DNA of 64,000 bases from an uncultured bacterium (GTDB taxonomy: Bacteria; Babelota; Babeliae; Babelales; Vermiphilaceae). The stretch spans positions 160,001 through 224,000 of the forward strand of contig CAVSFC010000002.1 in assembly GCA_963727255.1 (NCBI GenBank), read 5' to 3'. Of the stretch, positions 19,963 through 28,821 are shown one piece after another; within the stretch, counting starts at the first letter, position 1; each line of letters begins with the position of its first letter. Under the pieces are notes generated by a model. It was not told the DNA's origin. It did no database searches and was given only the letters and a program-made list of their open reading frames with translations. A program made the position numbers and the translations under genes.

Positions 19963-20823
19963 TTAGAAGCTATAACGAACTGCCAGTGTTACCGGGAAAC
20001 GCAATTCTGCGCCGATGTTACCAATAAGGAAGTTATTACTAAGAGTAACTGTAGAATTCAGAACTGTGTTAAAATTGCTTTTTGGGCCACAGCTTGCAAG
20101 TATGCCACTCGCCAAAACAAATGACCAGTTGCCGCAATAACAAAGATCAAGCCCAATATCTAAGCCTCCACTCGGAACGGTGTTGCGTTTGAACATATTA
20201 AGATCGCTCACAAAAGTAACTGCCGGTGTTGGAGGTGTACTGGTTACACTAAACTTCACATGATTATGATGCACAAATCCTGCTTTAAATCCTAAAAATA
20301 ATGAAAGTTTTTCACACCAGCGATCAAAATAATAACGTCCGCCGACATACATATCATAGAGTTTATATTTGCTCAGGGTGAATACATACGTATTGGGGGA
20401 AGTCCCGGATGTTACTAATGATGTTGAACTTTTGCTTTTTGCTTGTGAATAGTCAAATTCATAATACACGCGAATATTATCTGAAAGCGCATATCCTATT
20501 TGGAAGCCAACGGTCCAGGGCAATTTAAAGAATTTGCTAAATTTAGGGATTTGAAACAAGGGAATAACGGGATTGGCAGCTGCAACTCCCTGGCATTGTA
20601 TTAAAGAGAATTGCCCGCGATCATACCAAAGAATAGGCAATACACCGCCTTGAACTTGAAAATCTAGAGCACCACAATAGAGCGGATTACATCCACATAC
20701 ATAATCATTGCAACGAGTGCGGCATTCAACTCCGTAATCTTGAGAATAACGATCAGCTTGCATTGATGAAGCAAATAAATAGAGCAATGCAAGTGCAAAA
20801 TACTTGCAACTAATAAACTTCAT
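19963..20823 (-). CDS. Cys-rich outer-membrane beta-barrel protein, paralog 1
   Basis: Signal peptide, CGCNPLYCG, eight alternating amphipathic strands, C-terminal beta-signal VRYSF. Confidence 0.75.
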   Translation of the reverse strand: MKFISCKYFALALLYLFASSMQADRYSQDYGVECRTRCNDYVCGCNPLYCGALDFQVQGGVLPILWYDRGQFSLIQCQGVAAANPVIPLFQIPKFSKFFKLPWTVGFQIGYALSDNIRVYYEFDYSQAKSKSSTSLVTSGTSPNTYVFTLSKYKLYDMYVGGRYYFDRWCEKLSLFLGFKAGFVHHNHVKFSVTSTPPTPAVTFVSDLNMFKRNTVPSGGLDIGLDLCYCGNWSFVLASGILASCGPKSNFNTVLNSTVTLSNNFLIGNIGAELRFPVTLAVRYSF

Positions 20824-20861
20824 ACACATCTCCTTTTACATGAAATATATAACCGAATGTT

Positions 20862-20891
20862 AGCCTACTCCAGTTATTTAAATAAAATCAA
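20862..20891 (-). promoter_or_regulatory. Sigma70-like promoter TTGATT-N18-TAGGCT
   Basis: Same spacing and position upstream of paralogs 1-4. Confidence 0.55.
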
Positions 20892-20914
20892 GAATCAAAA
20901 AAGTTAGAACAAAT

Positions 20915-20947
20915 AATAAAGGCACCGGAATTTCGGTGCCTTTATTA
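20915..20947 (-). terminator. Intrinsic terminator after paralog 2
   Basis: AATAAAGGCACCG-loop-CGGTGCCTTTATT. Confidence 0.85.
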
Positions 20948-20968
20948 GTTTTTGTTAGCAATAGCTTA

Positions 20969-21835
20969 TTAGAAGCTATAACGAACTGCTAAAGTTACTG
21001 GGAAGCGAAGTTCTGTGCCAATAGCTGGAATAAATAAGTTGGTGAAGCCATTTAAGCTTGAGCTTGTGCCTAAACTAAGAGGAGCAGCGCCACGTGGCCC
21101 GCAGGTTGCAACCACTTCACCGGTCAGAACGATTGACCAGTTGCCACAAATGCAATAATCAAGACCAATATGTCCGCCACCGCTTATTCTGGTGCTCTTA
21201 GCATAAAAAGCTTGATCACTCAAAGTATATGCAACAACAGTCGCAGGGAAAGCGAATATCAAATCAACATTTTGTTTTTTGTGACGAAGGAAACCAACTT
21301 TACCACCTAAGAAGAATGAAAGATGATCGCACCATCTATCCCAATAGTAGCGCGCTCCTACATACCCTTCAAAAATTTTGTATTTATTAAAAGCAAATGA
21401 AATGGTACCTGGCACTGACGAGGTCGAGGTTAACACGACAGCACTTTTTGCTTTTGCTTGTGAATAATCAAATTCTGCGAATACACGGGTGTTATCGGAC
21501 ATCGCATAACCAACTTGTCCGCCGATAATCCATGGAGTCTTAAAGAATTTGCTAAATTTTGGAGAGGTAGGAAAGAGTTGTATGACTGGCACAGTGGCAG
21601 ATGAAGTACAGTTAACTCCAGAGATTGGACCGCGGTTGCGCCATAAGATTGGAGCAACACCGCCTTGAACTTGCAAGTCCCAAGCGCCGCAATATAACGG
21701 ATTGCAACCACATTCATATTGACGTGGGCAACAATCGCCACCATTTGAATATTCGTCACGGTTTGCTTGAACAGTGCCCGTCAGCATTGTTGCAAGCATC
21801 ATTAATGAGAGATATTTTGCAGTAAGATTTTTCAT
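20969..21835 (-). CDS. Cys-rich outer-membrane beta-barrel protein, paralog 2
   Basis: CCPRQYECGCNPLYCG, WDRWCDH, DYCICGNW, ends VRYSF. Confidence 0.78.
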   Translation of the reverse strand: MKNLTAKYLSLMMLATMLTGTVQANRDEYSNGGDCCPRQYECGCNPLYCGAWDLQVQGGVAPILWRNRGPISGVNCTSSATVPVIQLFPTSPKFSKFFKTPWIIGGQVGYAMSDNTRVFAEFDYSQAKAKSAVVLTSTSSVPGTISFAFNKYKIFEGYVGARYYWDRWCDHLSFFLGGKVGFLRHKKQNVDLIFAFPATVVAYTLSDQAFYAKSTRISGGGHIGLDYCICGNWSIVLTGEVVATCGPRGAAPLSLGTSSSLNGFTNLFIPAIGTELRFPVTLAVRYSF

Positions 21836-21877
21836 ATTTATCCTTTTTTAAAAAGTGTTAGTACTGCAACCAAACAT

Positions 21878-21907
21878 AGATTACTCACAAGAATCGTAAA
21901 AAATCAA
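21878..21907 (-). promoter_or_regulatory. Sigma70-like promoter TTGATT-N18-TAATCT
   Basis: Upstream region highly similar to that of paralog 3. Confidence 0.55.
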
Positions 21908-21926
21908 GTTTTGCAAAAGAAAATAA

Positions 21927-21954
21927 AAGAAGGCACCCTGATCGAGTGCCTTCT
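21927..21954 (-). terminator. Intrinsic terminator after paralog 3
   Basis: AGAAGGCAC-loop-GTGCCTTCT with preceding A tract. Confidence 0.8.
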
Positions 21955-21983
21955 GATTAGTTTTTGTTAGCTGAAATAGCTTA

Positions 21984-22850
21984 TTAGAAGCTATAACGAA
22001 CAGCTAAAGTCACTGGGAAGCGAATCTCACTGCCAATGCTTGGTGTTAAGATATCAGTGAATCCTGCAAACGCAGTTGTTAAGCTAATGTCACCTACTCC
22101 GCGTGGACCGCAGGTAGCAACTACTTCACCGGTCAACACAAGTGACCAGTTTCCGCAAATGCAATAATCAAGACCGATATGGCCGCCACCGCTTACGCGA
22201 GTCGAACCATTATTAAATAATTGAGATGCATAGGTTGTTGGTGTTGCAGTTGCTGGGAATGCTGTAGCAAGAACTACATTTTGTTTTTTGTGACGAAGGA
22301 AACCAATTTTACCACCTAAGAAGAATGAAAGGTGATCGCACCATCTATCCCAATAGTAGCGCGCTCCGACATACCCTTCAAAAATTTTGTATTTATCAAA
22401 GGTGAAGGTGAGTGTACCTGGAATAGAAGTATTGTCGCCCGTAATCGCAACGGCACTTTTACCATTTGCTTGTGAATAATCAAATTCTACAAATACACGG
22501 GTATTGTCAGACATTGCATAACCAACTTGTCCACCAACAATCCATGGGGTTTTGAAGAGTTTGTTAAAACGTGGAGATGTGCTTAGAAGTGAATATACAG
22601 GTCCGCCAGCTACTACCGATGTGCAATTAATGCCGTAGATAGGTCCGCGGTTGCGCCATATAATTGGAGCCACGCCACCTTGCACTTGCAAATCCCAAGC
22701 GCCGCAGTATAACGGATTGCAGCCACATTCATATTGACGTGGACAACAATCTCCGCCATTAGCGTAGTCGTCGCGACTTGCTTGCGCGTTGCCACCAAGC
22801 AACGATGCAAGCATCATTAAAGAGAGATATTTTGCAGTAAGATTTTTCAT
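21984..22850 (-). CDS. Cys-rich outer-membrane beta-barrel protein, paralog 3
   Basis: Closely similar to paralog 2 except in predicted loops; ends VRYSF. Confidence 0.78.
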   Translation of the reverse strand: MKNLTAKYLSLMMLASLLGGNAQASRDDYANGGDCCPRQYECGCNPLYCGAWDLQVQGGVAPIIWRNRGPIYGINCTSVVAGGPVYSLLSTSPRFNKLFKTPWIVGGQVGYAMSDNTRVFVEFDYSQANGKSAVAITGDNTSIPGTLTFTFDKYKIFEGYVGARYYWDRWCDHLSFFLGGKIGFLRHKKQNVVLATAFPATATPTTYASQLFNNGSTRVSGGGHIGLDYCICGNWSLVLTGEVVATCGPRGVGDISLTTAFAGFTDILTPSIGSEIRFPVTLAVRYSF

Positions 22851-22891
22851 ATTTACCCTTTTTTTAAAGTGTTAATACTGCAACCGCCATA

Positions 22892-22921
22892 AGACTACTC
22901 ACAATAATCATAAAAAATCAA
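22892..22921 (-). promoter_or_regulatory. Sigma70-like promoter TTGATT-N18-TAGTCT
   Basis: Conserved with paralogs 1 and 2. Confidence 0.55.
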
Positions 22922-22932
22922 GAGTCATCTAT

Positions 22933-22976
22933 AAAAAAATTAACCCAGATGCTGTTCATGAAAACATCTGGGTTAA
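22933..22976 (-). terminator. Intrinsic terminator after paralog 4
   Basis: TTAACCCAGATG-loop-CATCTGGGTTAA with preceding A tract. Confidence 0.75.
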
Positions 22977-22996
22977 AGAAAACTCGTATTTATGCA

Positions 22997-23914
22997 CTAA
23001 AAGCTATATTTAAACCCAAAAGTTACGGGGAAATATAATTCTGTACCTGTACCGCCAATAAGTAAATTGCTTGGAAGAATAGACGGGAGCTGACTGCAAT
23101 TGCTTGTTATCGCAAGGCTGCCGCTACTATTAGTCTTAGGTCCGCATGATGCAACAACTTCACCCATGATCATAAATGACCAACCACATCCTAAGCACCA
23201 ATCAATACCAACGTTTACGCCCGATGCAGGCCGTGTGTTCCTAAAGAAAAATGGCGCGGGTGCTGCAGAAGTTAACGGAATAGATGAAAGGCAGCTGGTA
23301 GAGCTGATAGTATAATTAAAACAGATCGATTTATGGTGAACTAATCCAAATTTAGCACCTGCAAAACATGCAATACGATCGCACCAATATCGCCCCCAAT
23401 AAACCCTTCCGCCAACATACGCATCAAACACGCGATAATTATTAGTAAAGGCTAAAGCAACACTCACTTCATCATTAGGAATCGTGATACCTGTTGCAGT
23501 AAATGCGCGGCGCGAAGCGGAACGATAATTAAATTCTAAATAAAATTCAAAACAATCAGTAAAAGCGTAACCAATTTGTCCACCAACAATCCACGGCAAA
23601 TGAAAGAACTTCTTAAATTGTGGCAATGGGCTTAAGAGAGGCACAATATCTTGACCAAATGATGTTGCCAATGAATTACATGAAACAGCAGAAAAATCTC
23701 CGCGATCTCTCCAGCTGAGTGGCGCAACGCCCGCACGCAACCAAAAATTAATTGATCCACAATTGAGCGGGCACCCACAATCGTATTCCGGTTCGCAACT
23801 GCTTTGCTGGCAGCAACCAGTATCAGAATATTGTGAAGCGATCACCAATGGAGCTGAACTTGCCAGAATTCCAGCTATGAGCATGGAATACATACTCAGA
23901 CGAATATTTTTCAT
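22997..23914 (-). CDS. Cys-rich outer-membrane beta-barrel protein, paralog 4
   Basis: CCQQSSC...CGCPLNCG, WIVGGQIGY, YWCDR, WCLGCGW, ASCGP, ends FKYSF. Confidence 0.75.
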   Translation of the reverse strand: MKNIRLSMYSMLIAGILASSAPLVIASQYSDTGCCQQSSCEPEYDCGCPLNCGSINFWLRAGVAPLSWRDRGDFSAVSCNSLATSFGQDIVPLLSPLPQFKKFFHLPWIVGGQIGYAFTDCFEFYLEFNYRSASRRAFTATGITIPNDEVSVALAFTNNYRVFDAYVGGRVYWGRYWCDRIACFAGAKFGLVHHKSICFNYTISSTSCLSSIPLTSAAPAPFFFRNTRPASGVNVGIDWCLGCGWSFMIMGEVVASCGPKTNSSGSLAITSNCSQLPSILPSNLLIGGTGTELYFPVTFGFKYSF

Positions 23915-23952
23915 GATTTTCCTTTTTTTAGAAATACACAACATCAAAAATT

Positions 23953-23982
23953 ATGCTATCCATAAACTTTAAAAAAAAGCAA
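23953..23982 (-). promoter_or_regulatory. Sigma70-like promoter TTGCTT-N18-TAGCAT
   Basis: Same 18-nt spacing as the other paralogs. Confidence 0.45.
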
Positions 23983-24005
23983 GACCTTATATCTCATGGA
24001 AGATT

Positions 24006-24863
24006 TTAGAATTGATATTTAAATCCAATAGTGAGTGGTACTGCAATTTCAGTACCTATTTGACCAATTATAAAGCTGTTGGGAGCCAAGATTGGGTTTA
24101 TAAAAATACTTTGAAGTAAAAAATCGAACGGAATATTCGGGTTTGCTCGTGGGCCACAGCTAAGGATAAACTCCGCCGTTATCACACAAGAGAAATCACA
24201 ACCAACTTCATAGGTTAATCCTATGTTTGCTCCAATAGCCGGAACGGTATTACTCAAAAACAGAGGCAGAGTTGATGATATGAATGGAGTAGGAGGTGGG
24301 ATAGTTAATGATGCGGTACTAAAAATAAAATTTGTTTTTGCATGGTGCACTAACCCAATTTTTCCACCTAAAAATAATGCTATATCGTCGCACCAAGATG
24401 ATTGGCAATATGAACGCAGTCCTATATAAGCATCCACAATCCGATAGTTATTTTTGGGAGTCATTGCAAAGCTAATAGTATCAATATTGGGAATAACTAG
24501 AGAACTCAATGTATACGTGCGTGATTTTGATTGCCGATAGTTTAACTCTGCATATATTTCTTGATCTTCACAAAGCGCATAGCCCACATGCAGTCCAAGA
24601 TACCACGGCACTGTGAATAATTTGTTAAATCCTGGCATTTTAAAAAGCGGCACATAGGGACTTGCCACTAGGGCCAATGTACTGGCATTGCAAGAAACTG
24701 CGCAAAAATCATCCCGATCAATCCAAAATGTCGGAGCAACGCCTGCGCTTATCTCAACATCTACGCCTTCATAACACAGCTGGAATCCTTGATCTCTGGT
24801 AACAACCGCAAACAACGCACCAAAAAAAACAATTTTGCCTAAACAGCTGAAAAATATTTTCAT
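24006..24863 (-). CDS. Cys-containing outer-membrane beta-barrel protein, paralog 5 (divergent)
   Basis: AGVAPTFW, AVSCN, WCDD, LSCGP, ends FKYQF. Directly follows the haloperoxidase stop. Confidence 0.72.
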   Translation of the reverse strand: MKIFFSCLGKIVFFGALFAVVTRDQGFQLCYEGVDVEISAGVAPTFWIDRDDFCAVSCNASTLALVASPYVPLFKMPGFNKLFTVPWYLGLHVGYALCEDQEIYAELNYRQSKSRTYTLSSLVIPNIDTISFAMTPKNNYRIVDAYIGLRSYCQSSWCDDIALFLGGKIGLVHHAKTNFIFSTASLTIPPPTPFISSTLPLFLSNTVPAIGANIGLTYEVGCDFSCVITAEFILSCGPRANPNIPFDFLLQSIFINPILAPNSFIIGQIGTEIAVPLTIGFKYQF

Positions 24864-24880
24864 AAATCCATCCATAGTTA

Positions 24881-26692
24881 TCAAATAACAGTAACTGTGT
24901 CGGCAGTAATACGGATACGGGTACCATCGCGTTTGGTAATTACATATCCGGTAAAGGCTTGTTCATTGTAGTTCATGCAATGATCTTGAAGATATTTAAT
25001 TGCAACAGCTTCGCCAAGCAAGATTCCCTGCTCACCATCGATGCGATAATGCACACCTGCAAAACTTCTGGCCATTGCGACATTAGAGGCAAGTTTATCA
25101 AGCTCAGAAGCTACGGTTATGAGATTTTCCCCTTGATTTGAGAGTGGAATCAGTTGTGTCGGATTTGATGGATTTGGTTGTACTGGCACAACAACAGTTG
25201 TTATTAACGTTGTATCCTCAAAAAAAGCTTTAAGAATTGTAGCACATGCACCGGCTATCGTTGCATGGCCTGATGGATAGGTTGGGTGATTAGGGGATCC
25301 CTCTGGATACATCTGCGCAAAAAGATATGTTGCTGCTTGAGCTTGCGTTAAATTATTATCAGGATAATTCGCTTGAAGAGTATTATTGGCTAAAACTTGA
25401 TTAAGAACATTTATTCCCGCATGTGAAACAAATAAGGAAGTATCTAAACTAAAGGGATTGCTAGCCGTTACTTCAGCTTGTTGAACAAGCCCTCCAAAAG
25501 CTTCAGGGCGCAATGCACGGTTACATCTCCATTTTTGAGCCCATGATGCTTTCATTGCTTCAACAGATACCCCTTCAAGCATGCTAAACATTTCAACCAT
25601 TCCCATCGTAGCAAATGATCCCTCATTTGGCATTGCTCCATTATAGTAAGGTAATGATAATGAATAGGGAAATCCATACCCGTTGAGAATATATGCAGCG
25701 TAAAAAAATGATTCACAGTTAATATCAAAATGGACGAAGCTACCCCAATCTCTCCCGGTGATTATGTAGCGCTTATTAACCGGATCATAATCATTGGCAG
25801 TGTAAGGCTTAGGGCACGTACCATTTTCAATTGCCACAAAATCGGCAAACGAAACTCCGAATTGCCTGCCCTGCGCAATTGGCCATTGTTGTACCAATTT
25901 AATAAATGGAGCTGGATTTAAATTTTGAGCCCCCGTACCGGCCATGAACGGAGTCTTCAAGGATAATAATGCAAATTGCGATACATAAGGGCCAGCAAGA
26001 CTCCCATATGAATCACCTCGAAAGAGCACACTCGCATCCACAACTCCAAAACTATTGCGGGGCCCCATATACGCAGATCCTAAATCTTGAAGCACAGCAG
26101 CGGCATCATTGGTTAGAGAGCCTCCGGATCCATTTGAATCTGATCCTAAACCAGTCCCGTATTGGTTAAATTGCACATCCCGGCATAATTGCATGAGATA
26201 TAGTTCTATCATATATGCAGCAAGCTCAGCGCTACTTAATTGAGGAAATTGTGCTATTGAAAATAATGATGAATCACATCCTTCCATACAAAATGCAAGC
26301 CCCGCTTGCGGATTTACTAATTTAAATGAAGAAGGATATCTAATAATCGCATTAAAATCCGCTTGCAATCCAGAATTCATAGCGGTCACCAACTGCTGAT
26401 AACTTGTTTGGCCCTGAGCAGTTACAAGCCCCGTAGAAGGATCATGTTCAAATGTTTTAGTAAATTGTGATGCGTATCCCGGAACCAATTTTTCATCACC
26501 ATTATTTTCTGCAGGAAGATTATTTGGAATTTGGCCAAGCGCTCGCAAATAGTCGGCAGCCAATCGTATCGCAAATGCTGCACGGTTTTCTTGCAATCCA
26601 TAGGGAGAGAAACGGGTGATGCCATCGTAATTTGCAAAAATTGGATTAATTACAGGAACCCCCGCCAGTAGAGCCATTAAAAGCTTCATCAT
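24881..26692 (-). CDS. Secreted vanadium-dependent haloperoxidase (bromoperoxidase type)
   Basis: Vanadate-binding motifs KWRCNRALRPE, HPTYPSGHAT, ARSFAGVHYRID; ~600 aa; signal peptide; GAGGAGG RBS. Confidence 0.88.
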   Translation of the reverse strand: MMKLLMALLAGVPVINPIFANYDGITRFSPYGLQENRAAFAIRLAADYLRALGQIPNNLPAENNGDEKLVPGYASQFTKTFEHDPSTGLVTAQGQTSYQQLVTAMNSGLQADFNAIIRYPSSFKLVNPQAGLAFCMEGCDSSLFSIAQFPQLSSAELAAYMIELYLMQLCRDVQFNQYGTGLGSDSNGSGGSLTNDAAAVLQDLGSAYMGPRNSFGVVDASVLFRGDSYGSLAGPYVSQFALLSLKTPFMAGTGAQNLNPAPFIKLVQQWPIAQGRQFGVSFADFVAIENGTCPKPYTANDYDPVNKRYIITGRDWGSFVHFDINCESFFYAAYILNGYGFPYSLSLPYYNGAMPNEGSFATMGMVEMFSMLEGVSVEAMKASWAQKWRCNRALRPEAFGGLVQQAEVTASNPFSLDTSLFVSHAGINVLNQVLANNTLQANYPDNNLTQAQAATYLFAQMYPEGSPNHPTYPSGHATIAGACATILKAFFEDTTLITTVVVPVQPNPSNPTQLIPLSNQGENLITVASELDKLASNVAMARSFAGVHYRIDGEQGILLGEAVAIKYLQDHCMNYNEQAFTGYVITKRDGTRIRITADTVTVI

Positions 26693-26724
26693 CACTCCTC
26701 CTCAAAATTTCTAAACTTTATTTT

Positions 26725-26754
26725 GGTATATGAAAGTTTGAGCCAATTTGTCAA
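26725..26754 (-). promoter_or_regulatory. Candidate sigma70 promoter TTGACA-N18-TATACC
   Basis: Perfect -35 box upstream of the haloperoxidase gene. Confidence 0.45.
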
Positions 26755-26761
26755 TAGCTTT

Positions 26762-27487
26762 TTAATTCAGATGCGCAAACCAATAATGCCATCGTAATCT
26801 AAATAATGTGCCAAGCATTCGTGAGCCCGCGCGCATCATGCGCAATTTGCTGCCCGCTTTATCATGCCAAATCGTTGGCTGTTCTTTAACCGTAAAACCA
26901 AAACGTTTACACAAGTAAAGAATCTCTATATCAAATGCCCATTGGCGCACCGATAAATAGGGAGTAATTTTTTCAATTACTTCTCGCTTGAATAATTTTG
27001 CACCGCATTGAGTATCATAAAATTTGATGCCAAAGAGAAGGCGCGTTAATGTCTCAAAAAAAATTTTGCTACCCCACCGTTTAACAAACGGCCTTGGCGG
27101 CGTTACTTGGGCCCCTGGCATATATCTGCTTGCAATAATTGCATCATAATCATCAATTTCTTTAATAAGTTGATTGAATGCCTCGGGTGATGTAGCCATA
27201 TCTGCATCTACAAATCCAATCAGATCATTGTTTCTTTCAAGAGCATTTTTAAATCCGGCATCAATTGCGAGGCCTTTGCCCCCTTGCGGAATCTCAATCA
27301 TTAAAATATGAGGCTTGGACTGTTGCAATGATTCTACTATTGCTGGGGTAGAATCGGTAGTTCCATTGATGACTATAAGCAACTCATAGCCAAAATCCTT
27401 TTTATTAAAAAAATCGGTGTATGCCTCCAAGGTATTTTTGATACGGCGCTCTTCATTATATGCCGGAATAATAATGCTCACTTTCAT
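26762..27487 (-). CDS. GT2 polyprenol-phosphate glycosyltransferase (DPG/DPM synthase-like)
   Basis: SIIIPAYNEE, GKG, FVDADMAT, IASR, DTQCGAKLF, WAFDIE. Confidence 0.9.
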   Translation of the reverse strand: MKVSIIIPAYNEERRIKNTLEAYTDFFNKKDFGYELLIVINGTTDSTPAIVESLQQSKPHILMIEIPQGGKGLAIDAGFKNALERNNDLIGFVDADMATSPEAFNQLIKEIDDYDAIIASRYMPGAQVTPPRPFVKRWGSKIFFETLTRLLFGIKFYDTQCGAKLFKREVIEKITPYLSVRQWAFDIEILYLCKRFGFTVKEQPTIWHDKAGSKLRMMRAGSRMLGTLFRLRWHYWFAHLN

Positions 27488-27565
27488 AGACACCCTAATT
27501 TACGATATACTGTTAATGAATCTTTAGATTTACCCTTGATTTTAACATTTACAATCAGCTTTACC

Positions 27566-28231
27566 ATGATCATTACCAAGAATATTTTCTCACTGTTAGA
27601 AAAATATCTTCCTTCTGATTCGATTATCATTGAAGCAGGAGCTTTTGATGGCAGAGATACCAAAAAATTAAGCGCACTTTTGCCAAATGCCACAATTCAT
27701 GCATTTGAGCCAGTTCCAGAAATATTTGCTGAGCTAACCACAAAAACCAGTGGATTATCTAACATTTATTGCTATCAGATTGCCTTGAGCGATAAAACCG
27801 GTACTACAACTTTTTATGTTGCAGAAAACCCAAAAAAACCCGGGAAAATATGCCAAGCAGGAACCCTTATGGTTCCCAAAGAACGATTAAAGAAATCACC
27901 CATTTTGTATCCCAGAACCATTAACATATCAACAATAACAGTTGACGATTGGGCTCAGCAAAATAATATTAAAAGAGTAGATTTTATGTGGCTTGATCTC
28001 CAGGGGCATGAACTTGCCGTTCTTAAAGCCGCGCCCCAGTTTATACAAAGAGTTAGATTTATCTTCCTCGAGGTCAATTTTATAGAGGCATATCATGATC
28101 AGCCAACCTGCCAGGAGATTGATGAATGGCTCAAAAATAACGGTTTTGAGGTGTTAGCAAGAGATTTTGAAGATGAAAACCGGTGGTTTTTTGGGGCAAT
28201 CCTCTATGCTCGGATCGTTAATTCAGACTGA
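27566..28231 (+). CDS. FkbM-family methyltransferase
   Basis: IEAGAFDG, HAFEP, ALSD, DFMWLDLQGHEL. Confidence 0.85.
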   Translation: MIITKNIFSLLEKYLPSDSIIIEAGAFDGRDTKKLSALLPNATIHAFEPVPEIFAELTTKTSGLSNIYCYQIALSDKTGTTTFYVAENPKKPGKICQAGTLMVPKERLKKSPILYPRTINISTITVDDWAQQNNIKRVDFMWLDLQGHELAVLKAAPQFIQRVRFIFLEVNFIEAYHDQPTCQEIDEWLKNNGFEVLARDFEDENRWFFGAILYARIVNSD

Positions 28232-28449
28232 ATAGAATAGAAAAAGATGTTCGGGATTGCCTAAATGCAAGAAATGGGTTAGTATAGGTATAAATAATCA
28301 ATTTAAATTTATCATTTCAAATGCAAATCAAATCAAATATAATTTCACTATCAGTTATGAAAATGAGAATCTTGGAGGGCATAAGCGAGCTAAATAAATT
28401 TTTTGTTGTTTTTTTGTGTATTAATTTTTTTTATTAAGAGAATTTTATA

Positions 28450-28770
28450 ATGAATCTTTACGTCGGAAGACTCCCACGCACCATAAACGAAACCAAATTA
28501 AGAGAATTATTTGAACAATATGGTCCCGTGACTTCAATTAAATTGATCAAAGATAAGTTTACCGGTGCCCTCAAAGGCTTCGCATTTATCGAAATGCCTG
28601 AAAATGAAAATGCACAAGAAGCAATTTCTGCCCTCAATGGCATGGAATATGAAGGCCAAAGACTCGTCGTTAGCGAAGCTCGTCCTCGTGAAGAGCGGCC
28701 AATGCGAGAAGGTGGCGCATCACGTTTTGGTAGCCAACGCCCTCGCTTTGGTGGAAACAACCGCTACTAA
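28450..28770 (+). CDS. RRM (RNP-1) RNA-binding protein
   Basis: NLYVGRL, KGFAFIEM, AISALNG, VSEARPRE, Gly/Arg tail. Confidence 0.93.
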   Translation: MNLYVGRLPRTINETKLRELFEQYGPVTSIKLIKDKFTGALKGFAFIEMPENENAQEAISALNGMEYEGQRLVVSEARPREERPMREGGASRFGSQRPRFGGNNRY

Positions 28771-28785
28771 TTTGATTTGAATTAG

Positions 28786-28821
28786 AAAAAAAATGGCGCC
28801 CGTAAAAAGGCGCCATTTTTT
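28786..28821. terminator. Bidirectional intrinsic terminator
   Basis: AAAAATGGCGCC-loop-GGCGCCATTTTT. Confidence 0.85.
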
